64,000 nucleotides of DNA from positions 1 to 64,000 of the IMG/VR virus record IMGVR_UViG_3300036792_000096; one strand, 5' to 3'. This stretch comes from a virus. A program made the translations under genes and the position numbers. This document shows positions 37,714 to 47,850 of the stretch, piece by piece (position 1 is the stretch's first letter; the number at the start of each line of letters is the position of its first letter). Below the pieces are notes generated by a model. The model ran no database searches. It saw only the letters and a list, made by a program, of their open reading frames with translations, and was not told the DNA's origin.

Positions 37714-37943
37714 TCCCCCTTCGCTTGCTTGGTCAACTCTCCTACTCTGGTGTGGGAGAGGCCGGTCACTGCTGCGATCTGGCGGATGCTCATGCCGGCG
37801 CCCTTCATGGTGTGGAGATCCTGAGCCCTCGCCGCTCGGAGCTCGGTCAGCGACTCCTCGGCGTAGGCGATGGCCCGCTCCCGTGCCCTCCACGCGTCGA
37901 GGTCGATGGGGAGATCTACGGAGGTGCGGACCGTGACCTTCAC
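37710..37943 (-). CDS. HTH DNA-binding protein
   Basis: GAGMSIRQIAAVTGLSHTRVGEL. Confidence 0.75.
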   Translation of the reverse strand: MKVTVRTSVDLPIDLDAWRARERAIAYAEESLTELRAARAQDLHTMKGAGMSIRQIAAVTGLSHTRVGELTKQAKGE

Positions 37944-38364
37944 GGGGTGTCTCCGTACAACGCCTGAACGAGATCCTTCTCCGGGATCTCCAGTGCCTGA
38001 AGGAACTCCCACAGGGGAATCTGCACGCTTTCGATGTCTACAATGTGGTCATAGTGTCCCGAGATACTCAGGAGCCGAGATCGCTTGGTGTAGTGGATCC
38101 GCACCCCTGATTCAGCGCCGCCGGTCAGGACGGTCTGCTTCTCGGACTTGCACCATCCAAGACTGCTGGGTTCGGTTCTCACTGCCAAACCTCCTCTCCG
38201 GTTCTAACGAGCTGACCCGCCTCATGTCGGGCGAGGATGACGCGAAGCTCGGCAGCGATGCTCTCAAGAGTCTCTGCTGCGTCGCGGATCTCCTCAGCCG
38301 TGGGGCTATTGGCAAGCGTCACCGAGATCTCCTGCACGCTACGGCTGATACCGTTGTCAGCCAT
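37940..38364 (-). CDS. Two hypothetical genes (37940-38188, 38179-38364)
   Basis: SD GAGGAG; coupled ORFs. Confidence 0.55.
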
Positions 38365-38452
38365 CCGACTCTCCTCTCTGTGTGCTCCTGACAAGACACA
38401 GTGTACACTTCTGCGGACGCTCTGGCAATAGCCTAGGACACAATTCCTGTCC

Positions 38453-39010
38453 GTGGACAGAACGTCGCTGGAAGTCGTACGATATGCGCCACTCATGACC
38501 CGCTTGCTTGGCGTCCCCGAGACCTGCCCCCACTGCCGCCAACCGACGCATGGGATCCTGTTCTGCGCCTGTGGGCGCCTCACGACAGAACGGGCCAAAC
38601 CCGACCGTCAGGGCTACCGGGAGCGTAAGGCTGGCGGTAGGAGCCGGGATTCCAGCCCCAAGGCCGTAGCCCGACGTCGGTCCAAGTTGGCGGGGGCGTA
38701 GATGGCGCTGCGCAGCATCGTGGACGAGTTCGTATGCGGGCCGAGCGGCATTGATCCCGGCTGCCCCTTCTGCGACGGCACCGGGACCGTCTGCGAGGAT
38801 CACCCCGAGCGTCCATGGCACGGCACCGCTGGGGAGGATGTCGGTTGTCCGTGTCACCAAGCCGGGATGCCCTGCAAGGACGGCCGTAAGCTGCTCGGCT
38901 CGCTTGACGGGCTGGCGCGGGAAGGCAGTCGGACGTATGTTCCGTACCCAGACTCCCCGACTGTTCCGGTAGGGGGCTACAACGACGCCAATCTCAGTGG
39001 TAAGCCATGA
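38453..39010 (+). CDS. Two Cys-rich hypothetical genes (38453-38701, 38702-39010)
   Basis: CPHC...CACG; CPFCDGTG. Confidence 0.5.
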
Positions 39011-39351
39011 GCGAGGTGCTCGCAGAGCCGACAAACCTCCAATGCGTCTGGTCCACCCCCGACTGCCCCATCCCGCCCGGGACCGTCCTGACCGCTCTCC
39101 CACCGCTCGAGGGCTCGCTCAGGGACGCCTATGACCTCGTGGTCGCCCTTGTGTGGGCCTATCCCCACCGTGGCGCGTCGCACCGAGAGATTGCCGTGGG
39201 GCTGGGGTGCTCCTCGAGCGCCGCTCACGGTTGGGTTGCCGAGTTGCGGAGGCTGGGATACCTCACCGCCGGTCACGCCGTAGGCCGGTCGGGGAACAGG
39301 GCTCCGAACACCATCCGGCCGGCGGTAGTCCCGCACCGAGCCAGTGCCTAA
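39007..39351 (+). CDS. LexA-like winged-helix DNA-binding protein
   Basis: ASHREIAVGLGCSSSAAHGWVAELRRLGYL. Confidence 0.65.
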   Translation: MSEVLAEPTNLQCVWSTPDCPIPPGTVLTALPPLEGSLRDAYDLVVALVWAYPHRGASHREIAVGLGCSSSAAHGWVAELRRLGYLTAGHAVGRSGNRAPNTIRPAVVPHRASA

Positions 39352-39356
39352 CTGAC

Positions 39357-41033
39357 GTGCCCCCCGAACCGTGGCGTAACCGGATCGTCGGCGAGGGCGA
39401 GGAAGCGCCTGACCAGCTTCTAGCCAACCCGTTCAACTTCCGCATCCACCCCAAGGCACAGCAGGACGGTGTAAGCGGGTCTCTGAACGATCTAGGCTGG
39501 ATACAGCGGATTATCGTCAACCGGGCCACCGGCCATGTCATTGACGGTCACGCCCGGGTAGAACTCGCAATCAGCCGTGGTGAGCCGTCGGTGCCTGTCG
39601 TCTACGTAGACGTGACGCCGGAAGAGGAGCGCAAGGCCCTAGCCGTGTTCGACGCCCTCGGTGCCTTGGCTGCCATCGACGGCCCGAAGCTGGGTGAGTT
39701 GCTCGCCTCCATCTCCACCGAAGACCCGGATCTGGAGCGGATGCTGACGGATCTGGCTGGGGCCAATGGTGTGACCTTCGGAATGGGAGGCCGAGAACCG
39801 GAGGCGGACAACCTAGAGCAAGAGGTAGCCCGCGCAACCCTAGCGGAGCGGTTTCTCATCCCGCCCTTCTCCGTCCTTGACGCCCGACAGGGGTACTGGC
39901 AGGAACGTAAGCGAGCGTGGCTCGCCCTTGGTATCCGGTCTGAGTTGGGGCGTGGGGAGACCCTGACGTATGTGGGCCGGGAGGACGAGACAGGAGAATC
40001 CGACGCGACGTGTCGTCCAGTGTCTCGTCCTCCCGGCCCACAGCGAAACGGCCAAGTGAGTCCAGGCGGGTCGCCGGGCGCGGCGACCCGCCTCAATCAG
40101 AACGGCAAGACGGAGCGGGGCGATGGCGCTGGACACCCGCTTACGTACAAGGGGCAGGAGTCGCTCCATGTGAACGAACCCGGATCGCGTTCAGCGACTC
40201 CTGCCCCTTCCCGTCGCATGACCTACGCTACGGGCTCTGCGGAGGACTTCACATCTCAGCGCATCCTTGAGCAGGTCCCTGCTCAAGGATCAGGAACGTC
40301 CATCTTCGATCCCGTGCTGTGCGAGGTGGTCTATCGCTGGTTCTGCCCGCCCGGGGGGCGTGTGCTGGACCCCTTCGCCGGGGGTAGCGTCCGTGGTGTT
40401 GTGGCGTCTCTTCTTGGGCGCTCGTACACGGGCATCGACCTATCCGAGGCACAGGTAGTGGCCAACAGAGGGCAAGGGGAGGCTCTCTGTTCACGTTCGC
40501 TAGATAGTGCAGTGGCACCTATGCCGCGGTGGTTCATGGGTGATAGCAGCAACATTGCCGCGGACTGGCCTCCGTCCGATGCCATGTTCGATCTCGTGTT
40601 CTCCTGCCCGCCGTACTTTGACCTTGAGGTTTACACGGATTCGCCTGCTGACCTCTCACAGGCACCCGACTATGAGGCGTTCGTGGATGCGCTGGGCACC
40701 ATCCTCACCGCCTCTGCTGGCCGACTCGCCGATGATCGGTTCGTGGTGTTGGTCATGGGAGAGGCCCGCAACGGGCGGGGCGACCTGTACGGGCTTGTGC
40801 CGGGCACCGTCAAGGCCGCCGGGCGAGCGGGGCTGACGTACTACAACGAGGCGATTCTTGTGACGATGGTCGGGTCGCTGCCGCTCCGGGTCGGGCGGGC
40901 CTTCCCCGTCTCTCGGAAGCTTGGGCGTACTCACCAAACCGTTCTCGTGTTCGTTAAGGGGGACGCTACCCGGGCCGCGGCTGCATGCGGTCATGTAGAG
41001 GTGGGGGATGTACCCGAGAGCGTCAACGCATGA
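39357..41033 (+). CDS. ParB-like N-terminal domain fused to a DNA methyltransferase
   Basis: NPFNFRIHP...VIDGHAR (ParB-like); SIFDPVL, LDPFAGGS, SCPPY (MTase); start position approximate. Confidence 0.88.
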   Translation: MPPEPWRNRIVGEGEEAPDQLLANPFNFRIHPKAQQDGVSGSLNDLGWIQRIIVNRATGHVIDGHARVELAISRGEPSVPVVYVDVTPEEERKALAVFDALGALAAIDGPKLGELLASISTEDPDLERMLTDLAGANGVTFGMGGREPEADNLEQEVARATLAERFLIPPFSVLDARQGYWQERKRAWLALGIRSELGRGETLTYVGREDETGESDATCRPVSRPPGPQRNGQVSPGGSPGAATRLNQNGKTERGDGAGHPLTYKGQESLHVNEPGSRSATPAPSRRMTYATGSAEDFTSQRILEQVPAQGSGTSIFDPVLCEVVYRWFCPPGGRVLDPFAGGSVRGVVASLLGRSYTGIDLSEAQVVANRGQGEALCSRSLDSAVAPMPRWFMGDSSNIAADWPPSDAMFDLVFSCPPYFDLEVYTDSPADLSQAPDYEAFVDALGTILTASAGRLADDRFVVLVMGEARNGRGDLYGLVPGTVKAAGRAGLTYYNEAILVTMVGSLPLRVGRAFPVSRKLGRTHQTVLVFVKGDATRAAAACGHVEVGDVPESVNA

Positions 41034-41530
41034 CCACTCCCACTCGGACGCCCCTCGCCGTCGTCGGGACAACCAAAGGACAGGACAAATCAGGCAACAC
41101 GTCCGCGGCCTCTCGTCGCCAGATTGAAGCTGCCGAGAAGCAGCGACAAGCCGTAGCCCTTCGCCACCACGGGGCAACCTTCCAGCAGATCGCAGACCAA
41201 CTTGGCTACACCAACCCGTCGGCCGCCCGCAAAGCCTTCCTCAAGGCCCTCGAGCGCTGGGGTGTGGAGGATGTCACCGACCTGCGCGCCGCCGAGGTGG
41301 CCCGGCTGGACTCCTACCTCCTTGTCGTCGCCACGAAGGTCAAGGCGGGTGAACTGAAGGCCGTTGAGACCGCACTCAAGATCAGCGAGCGCCGTGCGAA
41401 ACTCTTGGGTCTAGACCAGCCTACAAAGGTGGTCATCACCGAGGATCTCTTGGAGGCCGAGCGTGACAAGCTCCGTGAGCGGGTCGCCACGCTCCGTGTC
41501 GTCGGAGGAGCGTCGTCTAGCGCTCCTTGA
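41030..41530 (+). CDS. terS: Terminase small subunit-like HTH protein
   Basis: GATFQQIADQLGY...ERRAKLLGLD; directly upstream of terL. Confidence 0.75.
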   Translation: MTTPTRTPLAVVGTTKGQDKSGNTSAASRRQIEAAEKQRQAVALRHHGATFQQIADQLGYTNPSAARKAFLKALERWGVEDVTDLRAAEVARLDSYLLVVATKVKAGELKAVETALKISERRAKLLGLDQPTKVVITEDLLEAERDKLRERVATLRVVGGASSSAP

Positions 41531-42995
41531 CGAGATCGCAGCGCTTCAGGCCGAGGAGCGGGCGCTACTGGCCGAAGCGGAGGTCACGAGGTTCTCCGGA
41601 TACCGGGACCACCCTGTGGAGTTCGTCCGGGAGGTTCTCCGGGAGGAGATGTGGAGCAAGCAGGAAGAAATCCTCCGCTCCGTCTACCGGGATCGCCGAA
41701 CCATCGTCAGTGCCTGTTTCGCTTCAGGGAAGACGTGGATAGCGGCCCGCCTCCTCGCGCAGTGGATCTCGACCGATCCTGGTGCGATCGCCATCACGAC
41801 CGCCTCCGTCGGCCGGCAGGTAGCAGGACAGCTCTGGGGCGAGGTCCGCAACCTCTGGCGACGAGGAGTGACGCTGCCGGGCCAACTGGACCCCGCGCCC
41901 GGTGTCTCGCTTCCTGGGGATCTGCTCCCGAAGGCCCCTGAATGGATGGTGACGCCGGGCAGGAACTTCGCCATGGGCTTCAGCACGAACGACCCCAACC
42001 GCTTCTCTGGCTGGCACGGGGGGCGTGTCCTCGTGATCCTGGACGAGGCCGAGGGTATTGACGATGACCTGTGGGACATCATGGAAGGCCAACTCTCCAC
42101 AGGTGACACGGCCGTCCTGGCGCTCGGGAACCCCGACCCGGAGGGCATCCTCGGTGGCTTCCAGCACGCAGCATCTTCTCCGCTCTGGCACCACATCACG
42201 ATCAGCGCCTTCGACACGCCGAACCTGATCGCCGGCCGGGACGACGTGGCTCCCTACCTCGTGACCCGTCGCTGGGTGGAGGAACGCCGGCAGGAGTGGG
42301 GCGAGGACGACCCTCGGTGGATCACGAAGGTGCTCGGCCAGTTCGTGGAGGGCTCCGCGGCCAAGCACGTCATTCCTCTGTCGTGGTTCGAGCGGGCCGT
42401 GGACCGGCCCGGCGTGACGGCGGTGACTGAGAAGCCAGTGACGGGTTTGGACATAGCCCGGTTCGGCACCGACGACAGCGCCATTGTGATCCGTCAGGGT
42501 CCCCTCGTGCTCCACATGGAGCGCAAACACGGGTTCTCAGGCCCGGAGGTGGGGGGCTGGGCAATCGCCCGTATGCGCCAGCACGGCTCGGCAGTGGTGA
42601 ACGGTGACAGCGGAGGGCTAGGCGGGCCGGTGCTGGATTTCATCCGTGAGACGCCGGGGATCCGCGTGCAGGACATCAATGCCGGCTCGAGGGCGGACGA
42701 CAACGAGCGGTTCGTGCGCAAGCGGGACGAGCTCTGGTGGGGGGCTCGGGAACGCTTTGAGACCGACCGGATCGTCCTGCCGAGGAAGTTGGGTTCGGAG
42801 GTGGAGATCCTCAAGGGCCAAGTGACTCCGGTCCGCTACTCGTACCGGGTAGACGGCCGGATTGAGGTTGAGTCGAAGGACTCCATGGCGAAGCGGGGCC
42901 TTCCCTCGCCCGACCTCGCCGACGCTCTCTGTCTCGCCTTCATCGCCCCGTGGACGGCCCGCACCAACCTCCGCGACCTCATGGGCGGAGGCTAA
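41463..42995 (+). CDS. terL: Terminase large subunit
   Basis: ASGKTW, VILDEA, LGNP, GLDIARFGTDDS, SPDLADA. Confidence 0.95.
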   Translation: MTSSVSGSPRSVSSEERRLALLDEIAALQAEERALLAEAEVTRFSGYRDHPVEFVREVLREEMWSKQEEILRSVYRDRRTIVSACFASGKTWIAARLLAQWISTDPGAIAITTASVGRQVAGQLWGEVRNLWRRGVTLPGQLDPAPGVSLPGDLLPKAPEWMVTPGRNFAMGFSTNDPNRFSGWHGGRVLVILDEAEGIDDDLWDIMEGQLSTGDTAVLALGNPDPEGILGGFQHAASSPLWHHITISAFDTPNLIAGRDDVAPYLVTRRWVEERRQEWGEDDPRWITKVLGQFVEGSAAKHVIPLSWFERAVDRPGVTAVTEKPVTGLDIARFGTDDSAIVIRQGPLVLHMERKHGFSGPEVGGWAIARMRQHGSAVVNGDSGGLGGPVLDFIRETPGIRVQDINAGSRADDNERFVRKRDELWWGARERFETDRIVLPRKLGSEVEILKGQVTPVRYSYRVDGRIEVESKDSMAKRGLPSPDLADALCLAFIAPWTARTNLRDLMGGG

Positions 42996-43153
42996 GACTA
43001 GGATGGAACCTCGCGAAGTCGTATGCTTGGCGATACTTTTCGCGCTCTCGGGTGAGGGAGGAGCTTCAAGGTTGCCGGAACACCCTCGTCCCCTTGACGT
43101 TGCAATCGCGGCCAGAGCCGCGGTGAATGCGCGCCGTAGGCGTTCGCACAGTG

Positions 43154-43235
43154 TAAAATGGATGGTAGGTAGGAGCCCCGCGTCGTCTGACCGACCGGGG
43201 CCATGGACGAAGCCTCTCAGGAAGGCACCGTCGTG
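43154..43235 (+). promoter_or_regulatory. -10 box and structured leader (copy C)
   Basis: TAAAAT 43154-43159; GCCCCG...GTCG/CGAC...CGGGGC hairpin; GCCT/AGGC hairpin over AGGAAGG. Confidence 0.5.
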
Positions 43236-43533
43236 TTACACACTACAGCAGGGTTGCCGCGTGGCGAAGTTTAAGCGCGCGGTCAAGCAATGTGAAGGTC
43301 CGCCAGTCTCCGTTGGGTTCAAAGTGTGTCGAGACTGTGGCGAGCATCTATGGATCCAAGACTTCACCACAACTCCGTGGACCAAGGACGGTCGGGGTAA
43401 ATTCTGCTTCGTGTGGGACTTGCCGTGGGCGGTTCCGTCATCGACGGAGGTAGTCGCCAGAGCGATGCGTGTCTGGGTTGCGCCTGTGATTGTGTACAGC
43501 CTCCTGAGTGCGGTCCAAGGGCACTCGGCATGA
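43233..43533 (+). pseudogene. Probable remnant of an HNH/EndoVII zinc-finger gene
   Basis: KVCRDCGEHLWIQDF...KDGRGKFC resembles the zinc-finger repeats of 54588-55676; no nuclease domain; the GTG after the RBS is out of frame. Confidence 0.45.
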
Positions 43534-43916
43534 AGCAAGAGGCGCCTACAGCGCTGGATCTCCTACTGGGGTCGCTCGCTGTACTGCGGGCTACACATTT
43601 TCTGATTCATGATCAATGGCCACCTATGGTCCAAGCGCGCAACTGGCTATCGCGGCATGTGGACGAAGAGTCCGTATGGATGGAGTTGTCCCGGTGTTCT
43701 TGGTGTCAAGGATTGTGGATAAGCCCCCTTGTGGCTTTGTCGATAAAGCGATACCCGAGGGTCAGATGGCTGCTGCTGGGGCCGGCGCTCTCGGGCGTGG
43801 TGGGGCTGCTCTCGACGGCTGACAGCGCCTTGGCTCGGATGTGGGCGACCGTGCCAGCAGAGAGGGAGTGGGAGCCTACGGGGCCCGGGGAGTGGAGACG
43901 CAATGCCTCCCTGTGA
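43530..43916 (+). CDS. DUF1360-like membrane protein
   Basis: LAVLRATHFLIHD...ELSRCSWCQGLW; position between terL and portal. Confidence 0.8.
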   Translation: MKQEAPTALDLLLGSLAVLRATHFLIHDQWPPMVQARNWLSRHVDEESVWMELSRCSWCQGLWISPLVALSIKRYPRVRWLLLGPALSGVVGLLSTADSALARMWATVPAEREWEPTGPGEWRRNASL

Positions 43917-43925
43917 CGCCGTCTG

Positions 43926-44183
43926 ATGGCCGAGGCAGAGAACGGCGCTGGCCCCCTCAGCCTCTCGGCAGCCGAGGCGCTGGGGCTCCTGAGTCTCCAT
44001 TCCAAGGTTCCCGTGGACAGCATGGACCCGGAGGCGCTGGGGGCGGTAGGGCGGATGCACGCCGAGCTCTGGCTTATCATGGAGGACGCCCGTACCTTGC
44101 AGGCCGGCGCCGATGAGGCGACAGGCAATGGCGCTACGCCGAAGCGCAAGCCCCGCTCATCCGTCCTGACGCCTCGCACGTGA
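43926..44183 (+). CDS. Hypothetical protein
   Basis: GTGA overlap with the portal start. Confidence 0.5.
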   Translation: MAEAENGAGPLSLSAAEALGLLSLHSKVPVDSMDPEALGAVGRMHAELWLIMEDARTLQAGADEATGNGATPKRKPRSSVLTPRT

Positions 44184-46759
44184 ACCGGGTTCTCACCCTC
44201 GCCGGTTCACCGCAGCGCACCCTTGCACCGTCTGATGTAACCCTGACGCCTGTAATGAAGATGCCCCGCCGTCGGGGTCTGATCGCCTCGGCAGCGCCCC
44301 TCGCCATCGACCTCGCATCGTCCATGGAAGTGCGCAGGACCCGGCAGGCGCAGCAACAGATGGCGTGGCAGTTCTTCCGAGGTATAGGGGCTTGTTGGTA
44401 TGGGTCGATGTTCAAAAGTAACGCTATCTCTCAACTGCGCATTTTTCCAGCAGAGCAACGGGGGACCCGAGACGACCCGGTTCCCATTGATGACCCGTAT
44501 TCCTTGCAGCAAGTCTGTCTGGACGACATGGCGAACGGGTTCTCCGGGCTGGAGCTCGGTCACGCCCCCATCCTCGCCTCGGCAACGCTGCAAGACTCAG
44601 TAGCCGGCGAGGCGTATTGGTACTCACGTCCAGACGAGGAGACCGGGGAGAATCGCTTTGAGATCCTCTCCATTGAGGAACTTGAGATGGGAGGTGCTTC
44701 GGGGTTCCAGATCCGCCGCTACCCGGGCGCCATTCCCGAGCCGATCCTTCCCGAGCGGGGAGACAAGATCGCCCGAATGTGGACGCCCTCGCCGGAGTGG
44801 AAGGATCTGGCTACCTCACCGATGCTTGTGCAGCACGACACGCTCGAGGAGTTGTGGCTACTGATCCAAGCTGGTATCGCGGCGGCGAAGTCCAGGCTCG
44901 TCGGCGGCAAGATCGTCACCATCCCCGAGGAGCTGGACCTCGATACGCCGGCAGGCCCAGACGATGAGCCGACACCCTTTGAGACGGAACTCCGCCGGGC
45001 CGGCGCTACAGCGATTCGAGACCCCGCCTCGCCTCTGCGCTGGTTCCCGGTTCTGATCCGGGGCAAAGCCGACTACCTCAAACCAGAGTTCATCCATGTC
45101 GTTGACCTCTACAAAGACATGCCCAAAGAGGTCAGGGACGCAATCCTAGAGCTACGTACGCGCTTCGCCCATGACTTCGACCTACCTACAGAACTTTTAA
45201 CGGGTTTAGGTGACATGACGCATTGGAACGCCTGGATCGTGGACTCCATGACGTGGCCCCACCTCCGCCCCGTCGCTCAGAGGGTCCTCGCTAACCTCAC
45301 CGTCTGTGCCTACCGCCCGCTCCTCATTGCCGGCGGCATGGACCCCCGAGAAGCCGCCACACAGGTCATCGGCTACGACGAAGGGCTTGTCGTCAGCAAG
45401 CCCGACCGCTCCGCCGCGGCGACGGTAGGCGTGGAGCACGGGTTCGTCGGCAACGAGGCATGGATGCGGAGCAACGGGTTCGACCCGGAGACGGACAAGC
45501 CATCCGAGGTCGAGCGGGCACGGATCTTCGGTATGCGCTGGGGCGACCCGGGCTTGGCGTCCGTCGGCTCGCCACCCGGGATCTGGGACAAGGCCACCGG
45601 CCGCATCGCCACCCGAGTCACCGAAGAGGAGAAGGGTGTCCCGGGCGTCAGCCCCGTCCAGCAGGACGCCGGCCCGGCCGGACCCGTCCAGCCTGCACCG
45701 GGCCCTCCCGAGCCGAAACCGGCACCCGGCGCCCCCGTACCCGCCCCGCCCGCTCCCGCCTCACGTCCACCGACCCCACCAGCGCAGCCCGCCGTGGCAG
45801 CGTCGGGCAACGGGCACGGCAAGCGCCTGGGAACCTTCGCCGCCATCCCGGCCGCCGACCCGCCAGCGAACCACGTCAAGCGAGCCAAGCTGAAGCGGTT
45901 GGGGACGAAGCTGGGCGCCATCGACCGGGACCTCCTCCAGCGCCTCTCCGTCCTCGCCGACGACCGCCTCCACGCGACCGTCAGGACCGTGGGAAGCAAG
46001 CTTCGGAGCGCCGCCCAGGGCCGGCCGGTAGCGCCTACGCTGCGGGGCATGGACACGCTTCAGATCCCCCGCATGCTCGGCTCCAAGGGCTCCCACGCCC
46101 TCGGCCTCAACGACCACCTCGAAGTAGATGCTGCTGCGGCATCCTTCGCCGCCAAGGCCGTACCATGGCTCACGAGCGCTCAGGAAGCGGCCTTGCGCCA
46201 GATCGCCGATGCCACCGGCCAGGACTACGAGGAGTTGGCAGCCGAGTCCGAGTCTCAGCGCTCCGACTGGATCACGGCGGCGGAGGCGGCTCTCACCGCG
46301 GGCTTCGCCTCCATGGCCTTGGGGTTCTTGTACAACCCCTCGCAGCCGGAAGGACCGGGTGAGATGCCCGACACCATGGCCCCGCGGGACGCCATCCGTA
46401 GCGCCATGCAGCTTGCTGGCGGGGGAGACCCCGGCTCAGGCCCGCCGCTGGGGATCGGGACGGGGCCGCTCGCTACCGACGCCTTGGATTCGGGCGGGGC
46501 GGCCGTGGACGGGTGGACGTGGGACTACACCGACAGCGCCCGCACCACATTCCCGGGCCATCTACAGTTGGACGGCATAGAGTTTGCCTCTTGGGAGGAC
46601 GACCAATTGCTAGTCCAGCCTGAGGACGATTGGGTTGATACGGCGCCGTATTATTCAATTTCTGATCATCCGGGATGCTCTTGCGGTGTCACCCCGACTG
46701 TGATTCCAGTGGAGGATCTGGCGGCATCCGACGGGGAACTAGTGGGAGTGGAAGCGTGA
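44180..46759 (+). CDS. Portal protein fused to a MuF-like head morphogenesis domain
   Basis: Position; AW..F..IG...NAISQLRIF, DLPTELLTG...HWNAW; Pro-rich linker; C-terminal WTW...H..LDG...DHPGCSC. Confidence 0.8.
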   Translation: MNRVLTLAGSPQRTLAPSDVTLTPVMKMPRRRGLIASAAPLAIDLASSMEVRRTRQAQQQMAWQFFRGIGACWYGSMFKSNAISQLRIFPAEQRGTRDDPVPIDDPYSLQQVCLDDMANGFSGLELGHAPILASATLQDSVAGEAYWYSRPDEETGENRFEILSIEELEMGGASGFQIRRYPGAIPEPILPERGDKIARMWTPSPEWKDLATSPMLVQHDTLEELWLLIQAGIAAAKSRLVGGKIVTIPEELDLDTPAGPDDEPTPFETELRRAGATAIRDPASPLRWFPVLIRGKADYLKPEFIHVVDLYKDMPKEVRDAILELRTRFAHDFDLPTELLTGLGDMTHWNAWIVDSMTWPHLRPVAQRVLANLTVCAYRPLLIAGGMDPREAATQVIGYDEGLVVSKPDRSAAATVGVEHGFVGNEAWMRSNGFDPETDKPSEVERARIFGMRWGDPGLASVGSPPGIWDKATGRIATRVTEEEKGVPGVSPVQQDAGPAGPVQPAPGPPEPKPAPGAPVPAPPAPASRPPTPPAQPAVAASGNGHGKRLGTFAAIPAADPPANHVKRAKLKRLGTKLGAIDRDLLQRLSVLADDRLHATVRTVGSKLRSAAQGRPVAPTLRGMDTLQIPRMLGSKGSHALGLNDHLEVDAAAASFAAKAVPWLTSAQEAALRQIADATGQDYEELAAESESQRSDWITAAEAALTAGFASMALGFLYNPSQPEGPGEMPDTMAPRDAIRSAMQLAGGGDPGSGPPLGIGTGPLATDALDSGGAAVDGWTWDYTDSARTTFPGHLQLDGIEFASWEDDQLLVQPEDDWVDTAPYYSISDHPGCSCGVTPTVIPVEDLAASDGELVGVEA

Positions 46760-47838
46760 CGGACTTAGGATCGGTGACTTACCTCTGTGCCTACCTCTAC
46801 GTAAATGGCGTACCCGCCATCCACGGCGCCGAGTCGGGCTCAACCACGTCCCTCTGCGGCTACCCAGTGACGCTCTCGGACGACCCATTTCCCCCCACGA
46901 CTCCAACTCTGGTATGTGACGAGTGCTGGAAAGCGGTCGAATATCCACCCGAGCGACTCGCCTACATGGAGCGAGCGAATGCGGCGGTGCGAAACCTCCT
47001 TCCCCGGTTCAGTGCGCAGCGCGGAGGGATCCGCTACCGACCTCCGTCTGAGTGGGTGCCACCCCCGCCGTCGGTACCGCGTCCCACGAGGCGTGAGCGG
47101 GTAGGGCTCTGGCTCTACCGACACCTTCCCCGGCGCTGGGTATGGGAGGCACGCGAGGTGGGCCACGATGGCGACTATTGGCAGGTCTTCTGCGGTACCG
47201 AGGCATGGGCGCGCTCGGCCTGCGAATGGCAGGCGGGCAAGCCCATCGACTGGTCAGACGAGGATGAGTCCTTCCCCTACTCGGTAAGGCGGGTTCGGGC
47301 CAAGGTGATCCGCCGGGTGGAATTGTGAGCGATTCCAGATCAGTCCGTGTTCAACTTCGGATTGAGGTCCGTCAGCCTCCACCTATTTCGGACGCCCTAA
47401 ATGCGGACATCCTGAAGTCAGGGGGTCTCTGTGAGCCATTGGGGCCTGAATGGGTGGAATTAAGGCCGGGTGCGATGTTCTGGGTTCCAGAGGAGACGCC
47501 CTTTGGGCAGATCCTCATGCGTCGTAAGTCCGAGTAGAGGGAGAACGCCCATGACAGTCCGTGACAAGCTGCACCAAATCGCCGAGGACATCCGCCACGC
47601 CTTCCCCGGTCACGCCGAGGACCTTCACCAGGTAGCGGACACGGTTGAGATCCCGCCCGACACGAACGCGCCGCCGGCCGAGCAGGTCGACCTCGATGCG
47701 GCGCAGGCCGAGATTGCGAACTGGCCCGCTGAGGAAGCAGCCGCAGTGGAACCAAGCCCCGCAGCAGAACCGGCTCCCGCTGCGGCCACCCCAGAGGCGC
47801 CAGCACCGCCCGCAGCAGCACCCCCAGCGGCCACGTAG
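46756..47838 (+). CDS. Three hypothetical genes (46756-47328, 47325-47537, 47551-47838)
   Basis: GTGA overlaps and SD sequences. Confidence 0.55.
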
Positions 47839-47850
47839 AAGGAGAGCCAC

